From the NCBI GenBank assembly GCA_046757025.1, contig JBHHXN010000118.1:1-16375 (forward strand): 16,375 bases of DNA. Direction: 5' to 3'. Every line of letters begins with the position of its first letter. The first letter of the stretch is position 1. Shown one piece after another: positions 1 through 6,988 of the stretch. Under the pieces are notes generated by a model that worked only from the letters and a program-made list of their open reading frames with translations, ran no database searches and had not been told where the DNA came from. Source of the stretch: a bacterium (GTDB lineage Bacteria; Zhuqueibacterota; Zhuqueibacteria; Oceanimicrobiales; Oceanimicrobiaceae). The position numbers and the translations under genes were made by a program.

Positions 1-84
1 TTCCGTCGCCTCGCTCCTTCAGAATGACATTTTCTGAGTAAATTGGATAACCGTAGTCGAAGGGTGATAAGCTGTTGTTTTTAC

Positions 85-115
85 GTCATGCTTCGACTCC
101 GCTCAGCATGAAGAC
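85..115. repeat. REP-like palindrome (core CTTCGACTCCGCTCAG) with TCATGCT/AGCATGA arms
   Basis: Hairpin arms at 86-92 and 105-111. Related inverted copies occur at 883-896, 922-957 and 7317-7341, with degenerate pieces at 53-66 and 7365-7412. Confidence 0.7.
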
Positions 116-151
116 GCTCGTTTTCGGTCAATCACAAATTACAAAAGTTCT

Positions 152-185
152 AAAAACAAGGCCCAGGAAACCTGAGCTTCCTTGT
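152..185 (-). terminator. Intrinsic terminator of the ECF sigma gene
   Basis: The minus strand reads ACAAGGAA-GCTCAGG-TTT-CCTGGGC-CTTGTTTTT: a stem-loop followed by a U tract, about 20 nt after the stop codon at 207. Confidence 0.7.
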
Positions 186-206
186 CATTCAAAATCAAAT
201 CTCGAT

Positions 207-788
207 CTAAAGATAGCCGTGCTCCACCGCATACGGTTTGAGAGATTTTGCGAGCTGACGACGACCCCGATTGAGCCGGGACATGACGGTACCGATTGGG
301 CAGTTGAGCAAATCAGCGATTTCATGATATTTGAGGCTGTTCACATCGGCTAACAGCACCACTGTCCTGAAATGGTCGGGCAATTTGTCCAGCGCGCGTG
401 TGATGCCGTCGTCGAAAACTTCCTCATATTTCTCCACCAGCTCTTCCTGGATGGTTTCTTCGGGAGATTCGGCGATGGCGTGAGTATCGCTGACGATGTC
501 AAAATCCAGTTGACCAGGCCGCCGCTTTTTCTTGCGATAGTCGTTGATAAAATTGTTGGTGAGAATCCGCATCATCCAGCCTTCAAAATTGGTGCCGCTT
601 TGAAAATTATCGTAAAATCGCCAGGCTTTTAGATAGCTGTTTTGAACCAGATCTTCCGCGTCAAACTGATCCCGGGTCATGGTCAGAGCGATGCTGTAAA
701 ATTTATTCATCAAAGGAAACGCTTCGGCTGCAAAATCCCGATATTTGTTGGGATCTTTGTTTGCAACTCTTCGATCCATAAATTGCAT
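207..788 (-). CDS. ECF (group IV sigma-70) RNA polymerase sigma factor, SigH/SigR/RpoE-like
   Basis: Region 2 reads DAEDLVQ..YLKAW...NFEGWMMRILTNNFINDYRK. Region 4 reads LDKLPDHFRTVVLL...YHEIADLLNCPIGTVMSRLNRGR. AGGAGG lies 8 nt upstream of the ATG. Confidence 0.95.
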   Translation of the reverse strand: MQFMDRRVANKDPNKYRDFAAEAFPLMNKFYSIALTMTRDQFDAEDLVQNSYLKAWRFYDNFQSGTNFEGWMMRILTNNFINDYRKKKRRPGQLDFDIVSDTHAIAESPEETIQEELVEKYEEVFDDGITRALDKLPDHFRTVVLLADVNSLKYHEIADLLNCPIGTVMSRLNRGRRQLAKSLKPYAVEHGYL

Positions 789-921
789 TGTATAATCCTC
801 CTACGAAATTACGTCCTACTTCGGTTTAATTCATATTTTTGAATTCTAAGTATTCCATTTCAAAATTGATTGTCGGGTACCGGTCTTCATGCTGAGTCCC
901 AATTCAAAATCGGAAAACCAT

Positions 922-957
922 GATCTTCACCCTGAGCGGAGTCAAAGGGTGAAGATC
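922..957. repeat. REP-like palindrome, same family as 85-115
   Basis: Perfect 12-bp arms GATCTTCACCCT/AGGGTGAAGATC surround GAGCGGAGTCAA. The core CTGAGCGGAGTCAAAG is one mismatch from the reverse complement of 91-106. Confidence 0.7.
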
Positions 958-1009
958 GGTAGCTGCTATTATCTCCTGTGAACCCCACAACTATTTCTGA
1001 AATGGCGCA

Positions 1010-1276
1010 CTAAGGGTTCGAATATAATTTAAAAAACGTCTTCAAAAGATTTTCAGAAAGCCAGCTCCCGATGTTCAAACCCTGCTCGCCTTTGCAATAT
1101 TCTTTTTCCGCATTAAACAAGGTTTTTTCCACTAACACTCTTGCCTGAGGTGGACTCTTCGTCATACTTAAAGCCGTCATAAACAACATCTCTTTGTATG
1201 AATGGGTAATTTTTATAAATTCGTCATGACGATTGCTTTCATCATCTTTTGCACTATCCGTATTTTGTTTTTCCAA
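1010..1276 (-). CDS. Small stand-alone sigma-70 region-2-like protein (88 aa, no region 4)
   Basis: Aligns by eye without gaps to region 2 of the neighbouring ECF sigma (16/68 identities: ALxMT, A..LV, Y, GxN, W, L, F, Y). TTG start is preceded by GGGAG. Confidence 0.7.
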   Translation of the reverse strand: MEKQNTDSAKDDESNRHDEFIKITHSYKEMLFMTALSMTKSPPQARVLVEKTLFNAEKEYCKGEQGLNIGSWLSENLLKTFFKLYSNP

Positions 1277-1340
1277 AACTTATCACTCCCTGATATATAA
1301 TAAACCGAATCCAGAAAATACCTGAAAAAGCAAATTGAAC

Positions 1341-1628
1341 TTAATCCAGTACGTTAATGGACATTCCAGCCGAGTACAACATGTTTTTGACAAAGGTCGG
1401 GCAGTTCAGTAAAAAAACATGGCTGGTAAGTAATTTTTTAAACGCCTCAACTGCACGTGGACAAATAAATGTCACTTCACAAATTTCGAGAATGATCTGG
1501 CGCTGGTTATTCTGCAAAATCTTACGGATTTCTTCGGTCCAACAGGTGATGTGTTCCTCGGTTATCTCGCCTTCAATTTTTACAATCGCTGTTAAATCGT
1601 TTTCATAAACGGTTTTCATTCGAAACAT
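1341..1628 (-). CDS. STAS-like (anti-sigma-antagonist fold) protein lacking the canonical phospho-Ser motif
   Basis: The pattern IVKIEGEI...IILEICEVTFICPRAV...LLNCPTFVKNML..AG follows STAS secondary-structure motifs. A GAGG RBS precedes the ATG. Confidence 0.75.
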   Translation of the reverse strand: MFRMKTVYENDLTAIVKIEGEITEEHITCWTEEIRKILQNNQRQIILEICEVTFICPRAVEAFKKLLTSHVFLLNCPTFVKNMLYSAGMSINVLD

Positions 1629-1660
1629 GCCATCCTCACAATTGAATTCGAGTGCATCAC

Positions 1661-1677
1661 TACGAAAATTGTGCCAA
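1661..1677 (-). promoter_or_regulatory. Putative sigma54 (-24/-12) promoter
   Basis: The minus strand reads TTGGCACAATTTTCGTA: a perfect -24 TGGCAC, then GG-N10-GT, a variant of the canonical GC at -12. It lies about 33 nt upstream of the STAS ATG. Confidence 0.6.
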
Positions 1678-1776
1678 AAAGAAAAAAGCCACCAGGTACA
1701 CGACCTAAGTGGCTTGTTTATAAACAGTTAGTAAATTTAATTAAAAGCGCTTCAATTCACCCTACCAAGACATTTT

Positions 1777-1811
1777 GTGTCGATATTTCAACACCGTGTC
1801 GGTATTTCAAC
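1777..1811. promoter_or_regulatory. Tandem upstream activator sequences for a bEBP
   Basis: Direct repeat GTGTCGATATTTCAAC (1777-1792) and GTGTCGGTATTTCAAC (1796-1811), with a 19-bp period. Each has the form TGT-N10-AC(A/C) and lies 100-135 bp upstream of the -24 box. Confidence 0.6.
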
Positions 1812-1830
1812 CAAGATATGATTTTCGACT

Positions 1831-2727
1831 TTAAATCACAAAAAACTGTGTGGATTTTTGTTGAATTTGCCCACTATCTAGATCTTTTACGTTCAGAATC
1901 AAATTATAGGTACCGGCCTGTAGATCGTGTACCGGAATGCCGATGGAAAGGGAACAAACGCTGCCCGGTTTCTCTTTGCTGTTGCTGATGGTTTTTAATT
2001 CATGCCCTTTTTGATCCCGTATGGTAAAAGTGGCGATGAAATTTTTGTTCATGCCGTTGGCATTGTAGTGTAAATTATAAACTTCAGAATAAATATATAA
2101 CACCTTCAAATCCCTACCCACTACTCTCGTCACATTGGGAATAATCTTTTGATTATTTTTCACCAGCACGCTTTTTTCGTTTGAATAGGTGATGGAAGAA
2201 GCGATCTGCAGATCGCTGAATTGCAATTCAGATTTTCTATAATCAGGGATGTCGAGATCGCGGTCAAATGAAATTATTTCCAGAGTCTCAAGATCTTTCA
2301 GATTGATTTTGGCCTGATAGAAACCCGGATCGAGATCGACATGAAATCGAATTAACTGCGGTGGCCGCGGTTTATCGATTTCCGCGAAGGATTTAACTTT
2401 TATCGTGTCGATGTAACTGGCGCCGTGAATTTTCGCACCGGAAGCGTTATAAAAGCCAAGGGACAATTCATAGCTTGCGAAAAATCCTTCTTTGAATTTT
2501 ACAAACTGCAGACTGTTGGTTGAAATTTGACTGAAAATTTCAAGGGTAGTTTTATTGCTGAAGGCGGTTCCTTTAAACGTGAGAAAGTCAAAAGCGTAAG
2601 ACTGCTGTTGGAGTTTACCATAAGAAAAGGCCTGCAAGGCAGTTAATAAAACCACCCCAACTACTGTACAAACTCGGTAGGATTGCATCAGTTTTTTGTA
2701 AACGGCTTCTCGTTTTTTCATAAGCAT
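1831..2727 (-). CDS. Exported hypothetical protein, beta-sandwich rich, resembling the N-terminal part of GWxTD-domain proteins
   Basis: Hydrophobic signal or anchor VCTVVGVVLLTALQAFS. Motifs include LQFVK....ASYEL, LQFSDLQIASSI, IIPN, LYIYSEVYNL and GTYNLILNVKD. GGAGG RBS at 2732-2736 supports an ATG at 2727 or 2721 rather than 2745. Confidence 0.7.
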   Translation of the reverse strand: MLMKKREAVYKKLMQSYRVCTVVGVVLLTALQAFSYGKLQQQSYAFDFLTFKGTAFSNKTTLEIFSQISTNSLQFVKFKEGFFASYELSLGFYNASGAKIHGASYIDTIKVKSFAEIDKPRPPQLIRFHVDLDPGFYQAKINLKDLETLEIISFDRDLDIPDYRKSELQFSDLQIASSITYSNEKSVLVKNNQKIIPNVTRVVGRDLKVLYIYSEVYNLHYNANGMNKNFIATFTIRDQKGHELKTISNSKEKPGSVCSLSIGIPVHDLQAGTYNLILNVKDLDSGQIQQKSTQFFVI

Positions 2728-2941
2728 GATTCCTCCATGCTTCAATCCAATTTAAGATAATTTTTTACACTTTTCTTTTTATGACATTAATTTTTTCTAA
2801 TATATTCCAATTTTCGTTTTGAATCTTAAAAATTTTCCGTGGATTCCTGAGCCGGTAAATTTTTGAATGGACGTCTTTATGCGCCGACGGCGAAAATGAA
2901 AATCAGACAAATGATAGAAGGAAAGTGCACAAAGATAAAAG

Positions 2942-5194
2942 TTAGTTTTGGTGTGACTCCGTCGCCGTTTTATCGATGCCCAATTTTTTCATGCGCGACA
3001 GCAGCGTCGTGCGATTGATATCGAGCAGATTCGCCGCGCCATCCGGCCCTCCGATCACGCCGCCGGTTTTCTGCAGCGTTTTGAGAATGTGTTGACGTTC
3101 CACTTGCTCCAGGGTTAAAATCTCGGACTCCAGCAATTGTGTGGGGCTGGAAATGGCGATGTGCTCCTTTTGTAAGACGCCTGCTTCACACAAAATCACC
3201 GCTCGCTCAAGGATGTTGGCCAATTCCCGCACATTGCCAGGCCAGTCATAATTCATCAGCAAATCCATGGCCTCCGGGCTAAAACTGCTGATGCGTTTGC
3301 CCATTCTTTGTGAGTATTTGCCCACAAAATAGCTGCTCAACAAAGCAATGTCGTCTTTTCGCTCTCTTAAGGGCGGAATTCGAATGGGAAAAATGTTCAG
3401 GCGATAGAACAGATCTGCTCTGAAAGAACCGATGTTCACGGCATCCTGGAGATCGCGGTTGGTAGCAGCAATGACGCGCACATCGACTTTCAATGTTTGT
3501 TCACCGCCTACTCTTTCAAACTCCTGTTCCTGTAAAATGCGCAGCAGCTTTATTTGGGTTTCCAGCGGCAGCTCGCCGATTTCATCCAGAAAGATGGTGC
3601 CGCCGTCAGCAAGCTCGAACTTGCCTTTTTTCATGGCAGTGGCGCCGGTGAACGCGCCTTTTTCGTGCCCGAACAGCTCGCTCTCCACCAACCCGCTCGG
3701 CAGCGCTGCGCAGTTTACTTTGATGAGTACGTTGTCCTTTAATCCACTTAATCGGTGAATCGCGCGCGCGATGAGTTCTTTGCCAGTACCGGTCTCTCCC
3801 AGCAAAAGCACGGTGGTGTTGGTAGCCGCGACTTTTTCAATATATTCATAAACCTGCTTGATGGCCCGGGAAGCGCCGACGATTTCACCAAAGTTAAACT
3901 GCGACTTGATCTCTTCCTGCAGATAGATATTTTGCATTTGCAATTTATTGAGCGCAGCTTCCGCTTTTTTGCGCTCCTCGATATCCCGCAGAATAATGGT
4001 AAACAACGGCTCTCCGGCCACCGTCACCTGCGAAAAGGTCGCTTCGATGGCAAACTCCTGGCCGTCGGACCGGCGGGCAGACAGGCCCTCTTGAGCCCAC
4101 ATGTACTGTTTGGTTGACTCCCGCCCGGCGGATTCGGTCACGTACTGCATCAACAACTGGTAGAATTTGTCGGTGAGGAAGCGTTGCAGACTTTTGCCGA
4201 TACATTCGCTGGCGGTACACTGTAAAACTTTTTCGGCCGACTGATTGAAGAGCACGACCTGCAGGTCTTTGTCGATGGTTATGATGGCATCCAAGGCCGA
4301 TTCCAGAATACGGGACAGACGTTCCTCGCTTTCGCGGATGGCCTTTTCAGCTTGAATTCGCTCGGAAATATCGCGTGCCAGCGCCAGACGGAGTTTCTGC
4401 CCGCCCGACTCAAACAAACAGATACGCACCTCCACCGGAAATGTGGAGCCGTCTTTGCGTTTGTGAATGCCTTGCATGGTCACGGGATCGTCTGAATTCA
4501 TTCGCTGAATCATTTTAAAATATTTATCCCGAGATAGGCCGATGGAAATATCCCACACAAATTTTTCCTTGAGCTCCTGCCGGCTGAATTGCAGCACCTT
4601 GCAAGCCTGCTGGTTCACGTCCACTATTTGGCCTTTTGGGGCGATTAAAAAAAACGCGTCGCCGGCGTTTTCAAACAACAGCCGAAAACGCTCCTCGCTT
4701 TCCTGCAGTTTTCTTTCAGCTTGTTTGCGCTCGCTGATATCCCGTACCAATGCGATCATACACTCCCGGCCGTCGATATCGATGACCGAAGCGGAAATCT
4801 CTGCCGGCAGGGCGCCGCCGGATTTTGTGACGCAGGAAAGCTCGTCGGTCCAGCCGCGGCCATCTTTAAATACCGTCTGTGCAAACGCAAGCATTTTCGG
4901 CATTTCTCGGGGATGAATGCGGGTGACGGAGGAGGAGAGCAGCTCCTGGCGTGAGTAGCCAAGCAATGTACAGGCCCTGGGATTGACATCGATGATTTTA
5001 TCCTGATGCGGATCGAGCACAAAAATGGCGTCGTTGGAATAATCAAAAACCCTGTGGAAACGTTCTTCGCTTTTGCGCAGCTCTGCTTCAACACGCTCGT
5101 GCTCAGAACGCAGTTTTTCCAGTCGCTTCAATTTGGCTCGACAAGCTTCCAATTCTCTCAAAAGAGGATCATCCGCTTTGCTTTTACCCTTCAT
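2942..5194 (-). CDS. Sigma54-dependent enhancer-binding protein (FhlA/NtrC-type AAA+) with three PAS domains and a Fis-type HTH
   Basis: Three PAS/PAC repeats (SEERF..., ending RDISER/RDIEER). Also Walker [49 protein letters not shown] and C-terminal [31 protein letters not shown]. Confidence 0.95.
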   Translation of the reverse strand: MKGKSKADDPLLRELEACRAKLKRLEKLRSEHERVEAELRKSEERFHRVFDYSNDAIFVLDPHQDKIIDVNPRACTLLGYSRQELLSSSVTRIHPREMPKMLAFAQTVFKDGRGWTDELSCVTKSGGALPAEISASVIDIDGRECMIALVRDISERKQAERKLQESEERFRLLFENAGDAFFLIAPKGQIVDVNQQACKVLQFSRQELKEKFVWDISIGLSRDKYFKMIQRMNSDDPVTMQGIHKRKDGSTFPVEVRICLFESGGQKLRLALARDISERIQAEKAIRESEERLSRILESALDAIITIDKDLQVVLFNQSAEKVLQCTASECIGKSLQRFLTDKFYQLLMQYVTESAGRESTKQYMWAQEGLSARRSDGQEFAIEATFSQVTVAGEPLFTIILRDIEERKKAEAALNKLQMQNIYLQEEIKSQFNFGEIVGASRAIKQVYEYIEKVAATNTTVLLLGETGTGKELIARAIHRLSGLKDNVLIKVNCAALPSGLVESELFGHEKGAFTGATAMKKGKFELADGGTIFLDEIGELPLETQIKLLRILQEQEFERVGGEQTLKVDVRVIAATNRDLQDAVNIGSFRADLFYRLNIFPIRIPPLRERKDDIALLSSYFVGKYSQRMGKRISSFSPEAMDLLMNYDWPGNVRELANILERAVILCEAGVLQKEHIAISSPTQLLESEILTLEQVERQHILKTLQKTGGVIGGPDGAANLLDINRTTLLSRMKKLGIDKTATESHQN

Positions 5195-5612
5195 GGTGGT
5201 TAAATCTCCTCTATTATTAATAAAAATAATCTCATCAAAAAATGCAATGTTTATTTCCTGATTCTAAAAAGCGACGTTCCATTTTCAATAATTTTTTTAA
5301 TAATGAATGGAAAAAGTGCGAATGTGGAGCACCGTTTTTGAATGAAAATCACAACGGAATTTGTGCAAAGTCTGGTCGAAATGATTCTTACCTTAACACC
5401 ACGTAAATGTCATTGAGGAAGAATCTTTTTGTGATTTGCAAACACTTTTTTTCAGTTAGTCTTTATTTTGTTTACTGAATAGATTCCGTAACTGTGGGGG
5501 GACAATGCGGGGCTATCCTTGAAAGCGAAACCTAAACCATGAGAGACCTTAGCTTCCTGCGACCAGTTTACAAGTCGTCCAATTTTATCGGATTAAAATC
5601 GGCAGCGGCCGG

Positions 5613-6101
5613 TCACTGCAGGTAGTGCAGATATTCAGATAAAAACTCGCTGGCGATGAGGGTTTCCACCGAAAGCCAGAACAATTGCTGGTGATGAGGA
5701 AACACATAATGGGTTTGCCCCATGCCGAAACAACGGTAAATCCGCTTCCCCTGAATATCCAAATAGGTTCCTTCGATGAAAACGGAATTTTCGGGAGATA
5801 TTTTGTGGGTCATCTTTTGCCAGTTAGAACGGGCCAGCTCGGGATTGGCATAGTATGAAACGTACAGGGTGGCCGACCCCTTTTCTCCGCGGTAAAATCC
5901 TATGGCATTTTCGGGCGCCGAAACCTGTCCCAGGTGCATCTTGTCCAGGTAGGTGCTGGCTTCCTCGCCGATCATTTTTTGATGGAGTTTGAACTGATAA
6001 ATTTCCTCCGGCAGCGGGTCTGGTGCGGATGAGCAAGCGACCACCAACGTTGCCAGCCAAAGCAATTGTGTTCGTACTTTTTTCAAATTAATTCGCTTCA
6101 T
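5613..6101 (-). CDS. Hypothetical lipoprotein
   Basis: From the ATG at 6101 it has a basic N-terminus, a hydrophobic stretch and lipobox VVA-C (MKRINLKKVRTQLLWLATLVVACSS). The composition is protein-like. Confidence 0.75.
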   Translation of the reverse strand: MKRINLKKVRTQLLWLATLVVACSSAPDPLPEEIYQFKLHQKMIGEEASTYLDKMHLGQVSAPENAIGFYRGEKGSATLYVSYYANPELARSNWQKMTHKISPENSVFIEGTYLDIQGKRIYRCFGMGQTHYVFPHHQQLFWLSVETLIASEFLSEYLHYLQ

Positions 6102-6151
6102 TGAAATGCCTTCTGTCTTATTTGATGATGGAAAGCACACTAATTATAAAA

Positions 6152-6178
6152 TGTAACTTTTGTTTTAGCGCTTCGTAA
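6152..6178 (+). promoter_or_regulatory. Putative ECF-sigma promoter of the 6230 gene
   Basis: TGTAAC-N16-CGTAA matches the AAC/CGT ECF architecture (B. subtilis SigW TGAAAC-N16-CGTA). Confidence 0.55.
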
Positions 6179-6229
6179 CCTACTTTGACCTTTCAAATTT
6201 TAATATATTAAAATCATGGAGGTATTAAT

Positions 6230-6679
6230 ATGAAACCACTCATTAAATTACTGTTTATCGTTCTGCTGGCGATTTCCTTTGTACCGGTGCAAATTGGGCT
6301 GGCTAAGGAAAAAACCACAGACTGGAAGGCTTTCAGCGCTAATCTCGTGAAAGCCATTCAAACCCCAATCGACGGGCTGCAACAATCGGCCATGCAGCAA
6401 ATCATCAATTACAGCGACAATCTGGACGTGGAAGATGCGGTATTCGACATCATGCGCATTTACCGCGGCCACAAAAATTTGCATGTACGGCAGTTGGCGC
6501 TGGCCACGCTCCCTAAAACCAACAGCAATTGGGCCATCAGCTTTTTGAAAGTACTGGTGGAATACGAAGATTCGCCGGTGCTGCAAAAGCAAATTTATTT
6601 CATTCTGAAAGATGCTCGGGATGTGCAGATTGTGGACATCCCTCAAAGCGCATTGAATGAACTCTTGGCTATCAAATAG
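6230..6679 (+). CDS. Secreted hypothetical protein, alpha-helical (HEAT-repeat-like)
   Basis: GGAGG RBS and Sec signal peptide MKPLIKLLFIVLLAISFVPVQIGLA. HEAT-like segments include VRQLALATL and AISFLKVLVEYEDSPVLQ. Followed by a terminator. Confidence 0.85.
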   Translation: MKPLIKLLFIVLLAISFVPVQIGLAKEKTTDWKAFSANLVKAIQTPIDGLQQSAMQQIINYSDNLDVEDAVFDIMRIYRGHKNLHVRQLALATLPKTNSNWAISFLKVLVEYEDSPVLQKQIYFILKDARDVQIVDIPQSALNELLAIK

Positions 6680-6701
6680 CCACATATTTTGCCACCCAAC
6701 G

Positions 6702-6737
6702 AAAACCCGTCTCCCTTTTTGGGACGCGGGTTTTTTT
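6702..6737 (+). terminator. Intrinsic terminator of the 6230 gene
   Basis: AAAACCCGtcTCCC-TTTTT-GGGAcgCGGGTTTTTTT forms a stem-loop with a U tract, 23 nt after the stop codon. Confidence 0.8.
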
Positions 6738-6889
6738 ATATTACCTTAATTTTGCACATATAATGGTCAAACCCCGATTTTCCTAATTGTTAGTGGAATA
6801 TAAGTTTAATCTATTTGGTCTGAACAGCTATAGAATTATCTTCTAATTTTCAAGAACTTCAGGATTCTATAGTGCAAAATCGGGGTATT

Positions 6890-6922
6890 AAAAAAGCCGT
6901 AAGGTCTGGGACCTTACGGCTT
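6890..6922 (-). terminator. Intrinsic terminator of the putative sRNA
   Basis: Perfect 13-bp stem AAGCCGTAAGGTC (6894-6906) / GACCTTACGGCTT (6910-6922) with a 3-nt loop. The A6 run at 6890-6895 gives a U tract on the minus strand. Confidence 0.85.
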
Positions 6923-6953
6923 GACACCTCTAATGAGGTATTAATATGAAACC
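6890..6953 (-). ncRNA. Putative ~64-nt antisense small RNA targeting the translation start of the 6230 gene
   Basis: Bounded by a consensus sigma70 promoter and a terminator. The 5' end GGUUUCAUAUUAAUACCUC is the exact reverse complement of 6219-6237. Confidence 0.75.
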
Positions 6954-6959
6954 AATTGT

Positions 6960-6988
6960 ATTATACATATTTGTCATGAAATTGTCAA
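6960..6988 (-). promoter_or_regulatory. Perfect sigma70 promoter
   Basis: The minus strand has TTGACA (6988-6983), a 17-nt spacer, and TATAAT (6965-6960). Predicted +1 is near the G at 6953. Confidence 0.85.

Noticed and set aside
1777..1811. Direct repeat considered as a CRISPR or att-type repeat
   Set aside because: Only two 16-bp units with a 3-bp spacer and no cas or integrase gene nearby. It fits activator binding sites better.
1671..1988. 105-aa plus-strand ORF
   Set aside because: It overlaps the promoter/enhancer region and the 3' end of the 1831 gene on the opposite strand, with no protein-like signature.
5488..5570. Possible c-di-GMP-I riboswitch (CCTAAACCAT and GAAA resemble parts of the motif)
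   Set aside because: The GCAAAC...GAAA...GACGCAAAGC core and paired stems are absent, and the orientation does not fit a downstream gene.
6248..6685. 145-aa minus-strand ORF
   Set aside because: Shadow of 6230-6679, which has the RBS, signal peptide and terminator.
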